Origin: an uncultured Acidobacteriota bacterium
Lineage (GTDB): Bacteria > Acidobacteriota > Thermoanaerobaculia > Multivoradales > SZUA-115
Direction: 5' to 3'
Assembly: GCA_963805975.1 (NCBI GenBank)
Contig: CAWDVR010000002.1
Span: forward strand, 1,152,001-1,216,000
Length of the DNA: 64,000 nucleotides
Within the stretch, counting starts at the first letter, position 1; every line of letters starts with the position of its first letter. Under the pieces are notes generated by a model, which searched no databases, was not told the origin of the DNA, and was given only the letters and a program-made list of their open reading frames with translations. Both the position numbers and the translations under genes were made by a program. Positions 9,848-20,600 of this stretch are shown here, in pieces.

Positions 9848-10050
9848 TGGTTTCCCCCGCCGGTTCGCCTTCCAGGCAGATTCACCGCCGATTCGCCCGC
9901 TTCCTCGGAGATCGAAGTTCGCTGACAAGGCCGGCACTTTCTTTCCGCCTCTGATCGGAACTTGGCGGCCGAGGAGTGGGAGCGAGGTAATTTTTCGCCT
10001 CCCCCGGTTAGAGATTCTGACGCAAGCGCCTCGGGCAGAAAGACTTACCC

Positions 10051-10079
10051 TTGCCTCTGCCCCACGCCGCACCTACATT
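10051..10079 (+). promoter_or_regulatory. Sigma70-type promoter for leaderless XRE gene 1
   Basis: TTGCCT-N17-TACATT, with the GTG start 6 nt downstream and no RBS. Confidence 0.7.
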
Positions 10080-10085
10080 CCTGGC

Positions 10086-10492
10086 GTGCGAAGCCTGGAT
10101 CCGATGCGGATGGCGCTGCGGCTGCTGCGCGAGCGTCGGGGCTGGAATCAGCAGGAGCTGGCGGACAGAGCCGGCAGCACCAAGAGCAAGATCTCCACTT
10201 ACGAAACCGGTACGACGGAGCCCACCCTCACCACTCTCGACGGGTTGCTGCTGACGCTCGGGTCCAGCTGGCTCGAACTCTCTCTCCTCGCCCAGATGCT
10301 CGAACCGGCCGTCGCCTCTCTCGCAAGCAGAGGCGAGGGCTCGCCCGCGATGGCCAGTGTGCCGCCTGCCAGCACGCCGGTGGTCGGGGCGCTGCGCCTC
10401 AACCTCGCAGCGGCGGGAGACTGGTTGAGGCCCTGGAGCAGAACCTCCTCGCCCCTCCCTCAACCACCTCCGAGGTGCCAGCCGACTCGTAA
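10086..10492 (+). CDS. XRE/HTH_3 transcriptional regulator, copy 1, apparent 1-nt deletion at ~10417
   Basis: HTH LRLLRERRGWNQQELADRAG...ISTYETG. The C-terminus continues as RLVEALEQ in another frame, matching KLIAALEQ of the paralogue at 13512. Confidence 0.8.
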
Positions 10493-10605
10493 CGGCACTC
10501 CGGTGTAGCTTCCAATCGAAGCGGTGGGCACCCCTCCTCGTGGAGGCTCAGCTTTCCGAAGCAATCGAGGCCAGGATCGATTGGTGATGGTACATTGCTC
10601 GCTCG

Positions 10606-11097
10606 ATGAAGGGCGAGATCGAGCGAGTCCTCGGAGCTCTGAACAGAGCCGAGGTCCGCTACTTGGTCGTGGGTGGCGTGGCTGTCGTGCTTCATGGCTA
10701 TCTTCGCACCACCAGGGACCTGGATCTGGTCGTCCAACTGGGAACGGAGAACCTCAAGAAGGCCCTCGAGGCCCTGAAGAACCTCGGCTTCGAGCCCGCC
10801 GTGCCGGTTCCGATCGAAGCCTTCGCGAATCCGGTAGCGCGGGACTCGTGGATTCGAGACAAGAACCTATTGGTCTTCTCGCTCTGGCATCCGCAGAGAC
10901 CTGGATTCCAGGTCGACCTTTTCGCGGAGGAGCCGTTTGACTTTGAAGAGACCTATTCTCGCGCCCTCCGGGTTCCGCTCGACAGCACCACGGCGATGGT
11001 TGTCTCGGCACATGACCTCATCGCTCTGAAGCGCCGAGCGGGCCGGCCCCAGGATCTCGCCGATATCGACGCGCTGGAAGAACTGGAGGAGGAATAG
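10606..11097 (+). CDS. Small nucleotidyltransferase (AbiEii/DUF6036-like)
   Basis: VVGGVAVVLHG..RTTRDLD (GG, DxD) and LIALKRRAGRPQDLADI. Confidence 0.82.
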   Translation: MKGEIERVLGALNRAEVRYLVVGGVAVVLHGYLRTTRDLDLVVQLGTENLKKALEALKNLGFEPAVPVPIEAFANPVARDSWIRDKNLLVFSLWHPQRPGFQVDLFAEEPFDFEETYSRALRVPLDSTTAMVVSAHDLIALKRRAGRPQDLADIDALEELEEE

Positions 11098-11103
11098 CCG
11101 CCC

Positions 11104-11337
11104 ATGCTCGAGGAGAAGAACGCACGCACCGAGTCAGAGTGCCAGCCCGAACCCTGGAGCTTCGAGGCCAACCGCAAGAGGCAGCTTCGGACAGGCCTTC
11201 GGCTGACGCCTGCCGAGAGACTACGGTGGCTGGAGGAGACTGTAGAGGAGCTTCTTCCCTGGGTGGGTCGGGCACGGCCGGGGCCGTCGGTGGACCTCGG
11301 CCAGCAGGGGCCGGACGATGTACACCGACCAGCGTAG
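11104..11337 (+). CDS. Small partner of the nucleotidyltransferase (putative antitoxin-like)
   Basis: 77 aa, RBS GGAGG inside the upstream gene end, LTPAERLRWLEE motif like that of small NTase-adjacent proteins. Confidence 0.55.
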   Translation: MLEEKNARTESECQPEPWSFEANRKRQLRTGLRLTPAERLRWLEETVEELLPWVGRARPGPSVDLGQQGPDDVHRPA

Positions 11338-11433
11338 CGTCAAGCCGCGATATCTGACACTTCTACCAACCTGTCTCGTGTGGCGGCCTCCAAGGTCGAG
11401 GAACAGGATCGGTCGGGATAACATCCCGGCCCC

Positions 11434-13248
11434 GTGAGCACCCGCCCCCTCCTCTTGAGCTGCGAGTCGATCAGCAAGCAGTACGGTTCGCGGCCACTGT
11501 TCCAGAACCTCTCGTTCGGCCTCTCCTCAGGAGATCGCGTCGGGCTCGTGGGCCCGAACGGCTCCGGCAAGTCGACCCTCCTGAGAATCCTGGCCGGTCT
11601 CGAAGAGCCGGATTCCGGGACGCGCTCGGTGCGCAAGGGGACGCGCGCCGGCTACGTGCCGCAGGACCCGGTCTTCGCCGAGCACCTGCCGGCCGAGGAG
11701 ATCCTCGTCGAGGCTCTGGGCGGCCTGCCGCTCGAGGACTTCGAGAAGACGGCGCGCGCCGCGTTGGTGCTCGGCAAGATGGGCTTTCGCGAGCCGCGAC
11801 AAGTGGTGGGCACGCTCTCCGGTGGTTGGAAAAAGCGGCTGGCCATCGCCCGTGAGCTGGTCCGCGAACCGGAGATCCTCCTTCTCGACGAGCCGACCAA
11901 TCATCTCGACCTCGAAGGCATCCTGGATCTCGAAGAGATCCTCAGCCTGGAGCCCGCCGCCTTCGTCGTGGTAAGCCACGATCGCTACTTCCTGGAGAAC
12001 GTGGCGCGCCGCATGATCGAGATCGATCGCGCTTATCCGGAGGGCATGCTCCAGGCCGAGGGCACCTACAGCGACTTCCTCGAGAAGCGCGACGAGGTAC
12101 GGCGCAACCAGGTCGAGTACCAGGAGACGCTCGCCAACCGCGCCCGCCGCGAAGTCGAGTGGCTGCGCCGGGGCCCCAAGGCCCGCCGCACCAAGGCGAA
12201 GGGCCGCATCCAGGAGGCGGGACGGCTGCTGGAGGAGCTCGCCCAGGTCAAGGATCGGACCTCCGAGGCAACTCCCACCGGCATCGATTTCGCCGGCTCT
12301 GGCCGCAAGACCAGGAAGCTGCTCGAGGCTCGAGGCATTGGCAAGTCCTTCGGCGATCAGGTGGTGCTCGAGGGCGTGGACCTCCTGATCCGACCGGGCA
12401 CGCGCCTCGGCGTCCTCGGTCCGAATGGCAGCGGCAAGACCACGCTCCTCTCGCTTCTCGCCGGCTCCCTCGAGCCGGACCGAGGCGATATCGTGCGGGC
12501 ACCGTTTCTGAGAACCGTCCTCTTCGAGCAGAGCCGCGAGACGCTGGACCGCTCTGTGACCTTGCGCCGGGCGCTGGCGCCGGAGAGCGACTCGGTGATC
12601 CACCAGGACCGGACGGTCCACGTCGCCTCCTGGGCGCGACGCTTCCTGTTCCGCCCGGAACAGTTGGACACCCCGGTCTCCTCGCTCTCGGGCGGCGAGC
12701 AGGCGCGCATCCTGATCGCACGGCTGATGCTCCAGCCAGCCGATCTACTGATCCTCGATGAGCCGACGAACGACCTCGACATCGCAACCCTCGAGGTGCT
12801 CGAGGAGAGCTTGCTCGAGTTTCCCGGCGGCCTCGTCCTGGTGACCCACGACCGTTATCTGCTCGACCGCGTCTCGACCTCCATCCTGGCGCTCGACGGC
12901 CGGAGAGGTGCCAGCCTCTTCGCCGACACGGCGCAGTGGGAAGGAGAGCGGCGACGCGACATGGCCCCCCGGCCGGTGTCTTCCAAGCCGTCCTCCGGCG
13001 CACGCTCGCCCGAGCCTCAAGCGAAACGCCTGACCTACCGCGAGCGGCGCGAATGGGAGCGGATCGAAGGTGAGATCCTCGCCGCGGAGGAGGCGTTCGC
13101 ACGCCACCAGGCGGCGGTCGAGGATCCGGTGATCGCGACCGATGCCGTGGCGCTCGCCGAGCGCTGTGCCGCGCTCGACTCCGTCCGTGCCGACGTGGAG
13201 CGGCTCTACGCGCGCTGGGCGGAGCTGGAGGAGAAGAAAAGCACCTGA
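11434..13248 (+). CDS. uup: ABC-F family ATPase, Uup-like
   Basis: Two NBDs (GPNGSGKS/T, LSGG, LDEPTN), no TM segments, C-terminal coiled coil RLTYRERREW...LYARWAELE. Confidence 0.85.
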   Translation: MSTRPLLLSCESISKQYGSRPLFQNLSFGLSSGDRVGLVGPNGSGKSTLLRILAGLEEPDSGTRSVRKGTRAGYVPQDPVFAEHLPAEEILVEALGGLPLEDFEKTARAALVLGKMGFREPRQVVGTLSGGWKKRLAIARELVREPEILLLDEPTNHLDLEGILDLEEILSLEPAAFVVVSHDRYFLENVARRMIEIDRAYPEGMLQAEGTYSDFLEKRDEVRRNQVEYQETLANRARREVEWLRRGPKARRTKAKGRIQEAGRLLEELAQVKDRTSEATPTGIDFAGSGRKTRKLLEARGIGKSFGDQVVLEGVDLLIRPGTRLGVLGPNGSGKTTLLSLLAGSLEPDRGDIVRAPFLRTVLFEQSRETLDRSVTLRRALAPESDSVIHQDRTVHVASWARRFLFRPEQLDTPVSSLSGGEQARILIARLMLQPADLLILDEPTNDLDIATLEVLEESLLEFPGGLVLVTHDRYLLDRVSTSILALDGRRGASLFADTAQWEGERRRDMAPRPVSSKPSSGARSPEPQAKRLTYRERREWERIEGEILAAEEAFARHQAAVEDPVIATDAVALAERCAALDSVRADVERLYARWAELEEKKST

Positions 13249-13475
13249 GTCGGAGCATGGCACCTCGGAGATCAGCACCCCGCCGGTCCGCCTCTTCCTC
13301 GCGTGCGCGACCGGACGCCGAGCTCTCTCCGGCGTCTCCGCTCCCTTTCCACGAAGCGAATCTTGTTTCCTCCTCTGCCCGGGAGCCGACCGCTGGCAGT
13401 ATCGGGAGAGGAAACTTTTGACGGGTCCTAACCAGACGGATCGATGGCGAGCGCCTCGAGCGAGCGGCCGTGCCC

Positions 13476-13505
13476 TTGTCTGACTTCTCCTCTGGCACGT
13501 ACATT
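13476..13505 (+). promoter_or_regulatory. Sigma70-type promoter for leaderless XRE gene 2
   Basis: TTGTCT-N18-TACATT, with GTG 6 nt downstream. Confidence 0.7.
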
Positions 13506-13511
13506 CGCCCG

Positions 13512-13910
13512 GTGCAAGCACTGGATCCGATGCGGCTCGCGATGCGCCTGTTGCGCGAGCGCCGGGGCCTGAGCCAGAACGAGCTGGCCAAGAAGGCCGG
13601 GGTTGGCAAGGCTCGTATCTCCTGCTACGAGAACGGCCGGGAGCAGCCGACCTTCGCCACCATCGAGAAGCTGCTCCGGGCTCTCGACACCCACCGTCTC
13701 GCGCTCTTTCTCCTGGCCGAGCTCCTCGAGCCGGCGAACACCTTCCTGTCCACGCAGCCGGGTGCACTCCCCGCCCCGCGATCGACCCCCGTGAGCCTAC
13801 AGATGCTCGGTGCGCTGCGCTCCAATCTCGAGGCCGCGGTGAAGCTGATCGCCGCTCTGGAGCAGAGCGTCGTCGAGCTTCCACCGGGCCGCCAGCTCGG
13901 CGAGAGCTGA
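13512..13910 (+). CDS. XRE/HTH_3 transcriptional regulator, copy 2
   Basis: VQALDPMRLAMRLLRERRGLSQNELAKKAGVGKARISCYENG; clear paralogue of 10086. Confidence 0.85.
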   Translation: MQALDPMRLAMRLLRERRGLSQNELAKKAGVGKARISCYENGREQPTFATIEKLLRALDTHRLALFLLAELLEPANTFLSTQPGALPAPRSTPVSLQMLGALRSNLEAAVKLIAALEQSVVELPPGRQLGES

Positions 13911-13928
13911 CGGCGACAGCGCTCCTCC

Positions 13929-16900
13929 CTACCGGAACGAGAACCTGGCCCCCAGCCGCAGGATCCTCGGCGGGAGGACTTCGACCACCCAGTTGCCGCC
14001 GAGAGCGCGGATGTCGGTGACCTCACCGGTTCTCACGTCGGTCTGCAGGGCGGAGACTGCGCTCGCGCGCTGGAGAACGTAGGACTCGTTGGTCAGGTTG
14101 AAGGCCTCGAGGCTCAGGGTGAGCCGCGAGTCCTTGATCTTGATCTCCTTGTCGATACGGGCCGAGAGCAGGTGGACGTCCGAGAGGCGGTACTCGTCCA
14201 GGTCGTTGCCGAGCAGCACCTGGCGCCGGGCGAGCGGGTCGCGGCGCGGGTTGACCGGGACGTTGTAGGGGACGGGAAAGCCCTCGCGGCCGAAGAGGTT
14301 GGCCGCGACGTTGAAGCCCCAGTGCTTTTCGGGCGCGATCTGGTAGAGAGCCGACAGGTCGTAGGACCAGCCGCTGTTGACGAAGACATTGCCGCGGACT
14401 CCCTGGGTGCTCGCACTGCCGATCACCACCGGGCTGCCGTCGATGGTGTCGCCGGGAAGGAGCAGGGTCGGGTCTTCCCGCTCGCTGTCCGGCACGCTCC
14501 ATTGCCAGTCGCTCCAGGTCGCGTGGCCGCGCAGCAGCCACTGGTTCGAGAGGCGCTTGTGGGCCGTCAAGCTGACGCCCAGGTAGTCTTGCTCGCGGTC
14601 CCCGTTCTCACGGTAGACGCCGCCGAAGGTGGTGAGCTCCGGCCTCAGGCGATAGACCGGCACCGAGAACGCCGTGCCGTCCGGCAGGCTGCCCTCGACG
14701 ATCCAGCCGACCTCGTAGTCGTCCCGCCGGTGGGGGCGGCCGATCGAGCCGGGAGGCGCGTCGGGATCGACGATCAGCCGTTCCTGGTCCTCGATGTCGG
14801 TGTAGCGGCGAGCGGTGAGCGAGAGACCGAGCACCAGCTCCGGCCGCAGGGCATGCTCGACGGCGAAGGTCAGCTCCTGGGTGGTGGGGGCCTTGATGTC
14901 GGGATCGACGGCGTTGACCGTGCCGCGCGTCGGGAAGTCCGGATCGACGCCGATAAAGCTGAAGAACGGCCCCACCTCGTCGCGGGTCAGGTCGAGATCG
15001 GCGTTGTAGTCGTACCAGTAGAAGTAACCGTACTGCGCGTTGCCCGGGCTGGTGGTGTAGATGCCGTTGTCGTCGAGCTGGTCGGCGAAGTGCGCGTAGC
15101 TCGCCCGCAGCAGGGTCTTGTCCTCCTTGCCCAGCGCGTAGGTGAGGCCGAGGCGCGGAGTGACCGACTCCCATTCGAATCCGGCGTCGCTCTCCGGAAA
15201 GCTGCCACCGACGAGCACGCCGCCGGTGATCGGCGCCGGGTCGAGAGTGATCGCCTTGTTCTTACCGCGTTGGAGGTCGTAGCGCAGGCCGACGTTGGCG
15301 GTCAGGTCCCCGAAGGCGAGCGTGTCCTGGAGGTAGACGTGGGTGGCCTCCACACGGTCGCGGTAGTTCGAGCCGCTGGTGATGAAGCCAAAATAGACGT
15401 CCTCTGCGATCTCCTGGTTGGCGAAGCCCACTGCCTGGAGGCCGGGCCAGGCGGAGGTCGATTCGATGTCGGTGCGGCGGTAGCCGGTGCCGAAGCGCAG
15501 CTCGTGGTTGACGTTGCCGGTCGGGAAGAAATAGTTGCCCTCGAGCTTGATCTGCGACTGCGGGCGCTCGGTCTGGTAGGCCAGGAAGCTGTTGCGCCAG
15601 CCGCCGTCCGGGCCGATCACCACGCTCGGCGCGTTCGGGTCACCGATGCCGCCGCCCTGGGGCAACAGGTCGAACTGGCTCTCCACTTGCGAGACGTTCG
15701 CGGTCAGGTAGAAGTCCTTGCCGAAGAGCTGGCTCTGCTCCAGCTTGTAGATCGGGGTGGGAGAGCGGCGGTCGACGCTCGTTTCCGGCGGCCGGAAAGG
15801 GCCGGCGTCCTGGCCGAGGCGGATCAGGTCGCTGAAATGGTAGTAGAACGAGCCGGAGCTGTTGGGCGAGAACTGTGTGCTGAGCTTGACCGAGCGGTTC
15901 TCGATATCCGAGTTGTCGGGGTAGTCGGAGATGGTCAGGAGATCGATCTCCTGCTGGCCCCAGGAGGCCCAGCCCCAGAGGTGCTCCTTGATCAGCGGGC
16001 CGCCGCCTTCGATGCCGTAGTCCTCGGTGGTGACGATCCGGTTGCCCTGGCGGAACGTCTCCTGCTGGGTGTCCCTGTTCCAGGGGCCGGGTCCGCCCAG
16101 CTCGCCGGGGGTCAGCGAGAGGTCGGCCTGCCAGTCGTCGTCGGCATGGAAGAAGCGGGTCGAGAAGCGCCACTGGTTGGTGGCCCGCTTGGTGACCAGG
16201 TTGACGGTGGCGCCGGCGGTGGCGAGCGATGCGTCCGCGCCGCCGACCGAGACCTCGATGGCTTCGAAGGTGTCGAAGTCGTAGTAGGTGGAGGAGGCGC
16301 CGGAACCGACCATGTCGGTGATGGCGACGCCGTCCACCTGCCAGACGGTGTTCCTGGGGTCGGTGCCGGGGGAGACCACCTTCGCCTGCCGGGCGCCCTC
16401 GCTGCCGGCCACGTTGATGCGGTCGAGGATCACGCCGGGGGTCTGCTGCAGGATCGCCCAGGGGTCGCGGTTGATGGGCAGCTTCTCGAGTTCCTCACGC
16501 GGCACGTTGAGGCCCTTGGTGACCATGCGCGTGTCGAGGATCGGGGACTCGGCCGTGACCACCACGCTGTCCTCCACCTGCTGCGCGGAGGCGACCTCGA
16601 ACACGTTCAGCAGCTTGATCTCGAGCTCCAGGTTGCGGCTCACCTGCACGTTCAGGTTGCGGTGCTCGAGCGAGGTGAAGTTCTCGCGCTCGGCCAGCAC
16701 CTGGTAGAGGCCCGGCGCCAGGCCCAGGAATCGGAAGCCGCCGTCCTCGCCGGTGGTCTTGACCTGCGGCGGGCCCTGGCTCCCGAGCGTCACGGTGACG
16801 CCCGCCATGGGCTTGCCCTGCGAGTCGACCACCCGGCCGAGGAGGTTGCCGGTCTGCTGCTGGGCTTCGGTGGTCGGTGCTGCCAGGGCAGCGGCAAGAC

Positions 16901-16970
16901 CGAGCCAGGCGAGGACGAGCGAGGGCTTGAGGGTGCGCACCAGGGCCTCCTTCGTACGAGCGGGTGTCAT
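13929..16970 (-). CDS. TonB-dependent receptor, Oar-like, with N-terminal CarboxypepD_reg domain
   Basis: Signal peptide, GRVVDSQGKPMAGVTVTL...GFRFLGLAPGLY, plug region, NVGLRYD, C-terminal beta-signal PRILRLGARFSFR. Confidence 0.92.
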   Translation of the reverse strand: MTPARTKEALVRTLKPSLVLAWLGLAAALAAPTTEAQQQTGNLLGRVVDSQGKPMAGVTVTLGSQGPPQVKTTGEDGGFRFLGLAPGLYQVLAERENFTSLEHRNLNVQVSRNLELEIKLLNVFEVASAQQVEDSVVVTAESPILDTRMVTKGLNVPREELEKLPINRDPWAILQQTPGVILDRINVAGSEGARQAKVVSPGTDPRNTVWQVDGVAITDMVGSGASSTYYDFDTFEAIEVSVGGADASLATAGATVNLVTKRATNQWRFSTRFFHADDDWQADLSLTPGELGGPGPWNRDTQQETFRQGNRIVTTEDYGIEGGGPLIKEHLWGWASWGQQEIDLLTISDYPDNSDIENRSVKLSTQFSPNSSGSFYYHFSDLIRLGQDAGPFRPPETSVDRRSPTPIYKLEQSQLFGKDFYLTANVSQVESQFDLLPQGGGIGDPNAPSVVIGPDGGWRNSFLAYQTERPQSQIKLEGNYFFPTGNVNHELRFGTGYRRTDIESTSAWPGLQAVGFANQEIAEDVYFGFITSGSNYRDRVEATHVYLQDTLAFGDLTANVGLRYDLQRGKNKAITLDPAPITGGVLVGGSFPESDAGFEWESVTPRLGLTYALGKEDKTLLRASYAHFADQLDDNGIYTTSPGNAQYGYFYWYDYNADLDLTRDEVGPFFSFIGVDPDFPTRGTVNAVDPDIKAPTTQELTFAVEHALRPELVLGLSLTARRYTDIEDQERLIVDPDAPPGSIGRPHRRDDYEVGWIVEGSLPDGTAFSVPVYRLRPELTTFGGVYRENGDREQDYLGVSLTAHKRLSNQWLLRGHATWSDWQWSVPDSEREDPTLLLPGDTIDGSPVVIGSASTQGVRGNVFVNSGWSYDLSALYQIAPEKHWGFNVAANLFGREGFPVPYNVPVNPRRDPLARRQVLLGNDLDEYRLSDVHLLSARIDKEIKIKDSRLTLSLEAFNLTNESYVLQRASAVSALQTDVRTGEVTDIRALGGNWVVEVLPPRILRLGARFSFR

Positions 16971-17023
16971 TGGACTAACTCTTCCCTAAGATGCGTCATC
17001 CCCCCCCAAAGCGTGTCTAACCG

Positions 17024-17530
17024 CTATCTCGCAACTCGCCGGCGGCGCAGGATGGGAAGGAAGAAGAGGTAGAGGCCGGTGAGCCACAGCAGCAGCAGGA
17101 CCACGCCGGCGGGCAGGAAGATCCCCAGCTTCACCCAGCGGTGGAAAAAAGAGCCGTCGTGGATCGCCTCGATCAGGTCCGAGCGCCGGTAGGCCACCTG
17201 CAGGACCTCGCCGGTCGCGGAATCGATCTGGATCTCCCAGCCGGTCTTCGCCCACACCTTGAGCATGCCCTTCGAGGGCCGCACGTCCACGCGCTGGATG
17301 TCCTCCCAGGTGCGGACCTCTCCTTCGGGGACCCGGCTCGCGATCTCGACGATCTCCGCCAGCGACAGCGCCGGCGCGCCGCCAGAGCCCGCGCGCTCCG
17401 GGGGCTGCACCCACGGGAGCTGCTTTTTCAACTGCAGCAGGATGCCGCTCGCGATCATCACCAGCAGGGGCACGGCCACGAAAATCGACAGCCAGTGATG
17501 GACTTTCCGATTGAGAAGCTGGAACTTCAT
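17024..17530 (-). CDS. PepSY / PepSY-associated TM domain membrane protein
   Basis: RKVHHWLSIF...ASGILL, IQIDSATGEVL, IHDGSF; two TM helices. Confidence 0.8.
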   Translation of the reverse strand: MKFQLLNRKVHHWLSIFVAVPLLVMIASGILLQLKKQLPWVQPPERAGSGGAPALSLAEIVEIASRVPEGEVRTWEDIQRVDVRPSKGMLKVWAKTGWEIQIDSATGEVLQVAYRRSDLIEAIHDGSFFHRWVKLGIFLPAGVVLLLLWLTGLYLFFLPILRRRRVAR

Positions 17531-17600
17531 CGCGGCTCGGCCCTCCTACAGGAATAGGAGGATATCCCAGCCTCGTCGCTGGCCCCTCGAGCCGCCACGA

Positions 17601-17606
17601 TAGACT
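17601..17606 (+). promoter_or_regulatory. -10 box of probably leaderless mfd
   Basis: TAGACT followed by 6 nt and then GTG 17613; no RBS. Confidence 0.5.
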
Positions 17607-17612
17607 TCCTCG

Positions 17613-20600
17613 GTGAGCGATCCGGTGTGGAAAGACGCCGCGCGCGTGCTGCGCTCGAGCGCTGTCTTCGAGGCGCTGGCGGTACACCTCGGCCGTGCTT
17701 CGGCCGCGGAGCTGGTGCGCCTGCCGTTGCCGGCCGCGGCCTGGGTCGCCGAGCTCCTGTCCGAGGACACGGGCCGCCCGCTCCTCGCTGTGGTGCCGGG
17801 CGAGGCCGATGCGCTCGCCTGGCTCGAGGCGGCGGAGCTCTTCGGCAGCGCCGAACGGGGCGCCGCCGTCTACTTCCCCGGGCCGTCGCTCTCGCCCTAC
17901 CAGGAGGCGGAGACCTCTCTCCTGGTGCGCGCGCAGGAGGCGGTGGCGCTCGACGCGCTGGCCGGCGGGCGAGCCCGCACCGTGGTCTCCACTCCGCGGG
18001 CCCTCTTCCGCTTGCTGCCGGAGAGAGAAGCCTTCCGCGCCGCCGTGCTCGACATCCGAGCCGGCGAGGAACGGCCGATCGAAGAGCTGGCCCTCCACCT
18101 GGTGACCCACGGCTACCGCCGTTCGGACCTGGTGGCCGAAGTCGGCGACTTCGCGGTGCGCGGCGGCGTCTTCGATCTCTTCCCGCCGGGTGAAGAGCTG
18201 CCGCTGCGGCTCGATCTCTTCGGCGACACCGTGGAATCGATCCGTGCTTTCGACCCGCTCTCGCAGCGCTCGCAGGAAACGCGCGCCACGGCGCGGGTGC
18301 TGCCGCTGGCGCTCTTCCCCGCGGGGCCACGGGAAGCGGAACGGCTGGCCGATCTCCTGGCGGAGACCCTGGGCACCGCGGCCGGCGGCGAGGCCGGCGA
18401 GCGGCTGGCGGACCTGCGCGGTCGGGGCGGCTTCGCCGGCTGGGAGAACCTGCTGCCGCTGCTCTTCGGAGCGCAGACCGCCCTGCCCGAGCTGCTGGCG
18501 AACCCGCTCCTGGTGGCCGTCGATCCCGCGACCCTGGCGCGCGAGATCGAGCACCACGCGGAGGTGCTGGCCGTCGAGTTCGGCTCGCGCCGCGAGCACG
18601 GCCGTTTCGCTCTGCCGCCGGAGCTCGTCGAGCAGACGGCGGAACGCGTCCAGGGCCTGCTCGACGCCGCCAGCCTGCGCGTGACCGACCTGATCTCCGC
18701 TCCGGCCGAGCGCGAGGTGATCGACTTCCACGCCAGCTCGACCGATCTCTTCCAGGGCCAGCTCCCCCGCTTCCCCCGCGAGGTGGAGACCGCCCGCGCC
18801 CGCGGTGAGCGCTGCCTGCTGGTGGCCAACCCCGGTCACCGCGAGCGGCTGGCGGAGCTCCTCGCCGGCCGCGACGTGCCGCTCGGTCGGGGCGGCGTCG
18901 AGATCGTCCCCGGCGAGCTCGGGCGCGGCTTCCGCCTGCCGGCGGCCGGGGTCGCGGTCTACGGCGAGCAGCAGATCCTTCCCCGCCGCGCCCCCCTGGG
19001 CAAGAGCCCCAAGTCCCGCTTCGGGCCGTTCGTCTCGAGCCTGCGGGACTTGAAGGTGGGGGACTTCGTGGTCCACTCGGATCACGGCATTGCACAGTTC
19101 GTGGCCCTGCGCAGCGTGGGCGGCGACGCCAGCGCCCGGAAAAACCTGCCGCCCGAGCTGGCCGTGATGTTCCCGGCCGAGACCCCGGTCGAGGTGATGG
19201 AGCTCGCCTACGCTGCAGGCAAGCGCCTGCTCGTCCCCCTGGACCGCCTCGACCTGATCCAGAAGTACAGCGGCATCGAGGGGCTGGCGCCGAAGCTCGA
19301 TCAGTTGGGCGGCACCTCCTGGAACAAGACCAAGAGCCGCATCAAGAAGAGCATGCGCGACATGGCGGGCGAGCTGCTGAAGCTCTACGCCGAGCGCCAG
19401 CTCGCCCAGGCGCCGGTGATGCCGCCGGACTCCGACCTCCAGCGGCAGGTCGAGGCCGCCTTCGCCTACGAGGAGAGCACCGACCAGCTCGACGCCATCG
19501 CCGCCATCAAGGCGGACCTCGAGGGCGAGCGGCCGATGGACCGCCTGCTGTGCGGCGACGTGGGCTACGGCAAGACCGAGGTCGCCATGCGCGCCGCCTT
19601 CAAGGCGGTGGACTCCGGCTACCAGGTGGCGGTGCTGGCCCCCACCACCATCCTCGCCGACCAGCACCTCTCGACCTTTCGCCGCCGTTTCGAGGGCTTC
19701 CCGGTCACTGTCGAGATGATCTCTCGCTTCCGCACCCCGGCCGAGGTGCGCGAGATCAAGAAGCGCGCGGCCGAGGGCAAGGTCGACATCCTGGTGGGCA
19801 CCCATCGCCTGCTGTCCAAGGACATCAAGCTGCCGCGGCTCGGGCTTCTGGTGGTCGACGAGGAGCAGCGCTTCGGCGTGGCGCAGAAGGAGCGGCTGAA
19901 GCAGCTCAAGAAGGACGTCCACGTGCTCGCCATGTCGGCGACGCCGGTGCCCCGCACCCTGCAGCTCTCGCTCGCCGGGGTGCGCGACATGTCGGTCATC
20001 GAAACGCCGCCCAAGGACCGCATGGCTGTCGAGACCGCGATCCTGCCCTTCTCGTCCGACCTGATCCGCGAGGCGATCGAGTTCGAGATCGAACGCGGCG
20101 GCCAGGTGTATTACGTCTACAACCGCGTCGAGAACATCGAACGCATGCTGACCACGCTCAAGGAGATCGTGCCCCGGGCGCGCATCACCGTGGGACACGG
20201 CCAGCTCGACGAGCGCGAGCTGGCCCGGCGCATGCATGCCTTCACCGCGCGCGAGTTCGACGTGCTGCTCGCCACCACCATCATCGAGAACGGGATCGAC
20301 ATCCCCAACGTCAACACCATGGTCATCCACCGCGCCGACCGCTTCGGCCTGGCCCAGCTCTACCAGCTCCGCGGGCGCGTCGGTCGGAGCAACCAGCTCG
20401 CCTACTGCTATCTGCTGGTGGAGCGCGACCGCGTGCTGTCGGAGACGGCGAGGAAGAGGCTGGCGGCGATCCGCGAGTTCACCGACCTCGGGGCCGGTTT
20501 CCGCATCGCCGCCCGCGACCTCGAGATCCGCGGTGCGGGCAACCTCCTGGGCGCCGAGCAGAGCGGTCACATCGCGGCGGTGGGCATCGAGACCTACCTG

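Noticed and set aside
11221-11424. Minus-strand ORF containing WSVYIVR, like a GIY-YIG nuclease start
   Set aside because: No YxG second motif follows, and it overlaps a better-supported plus-strand gene.
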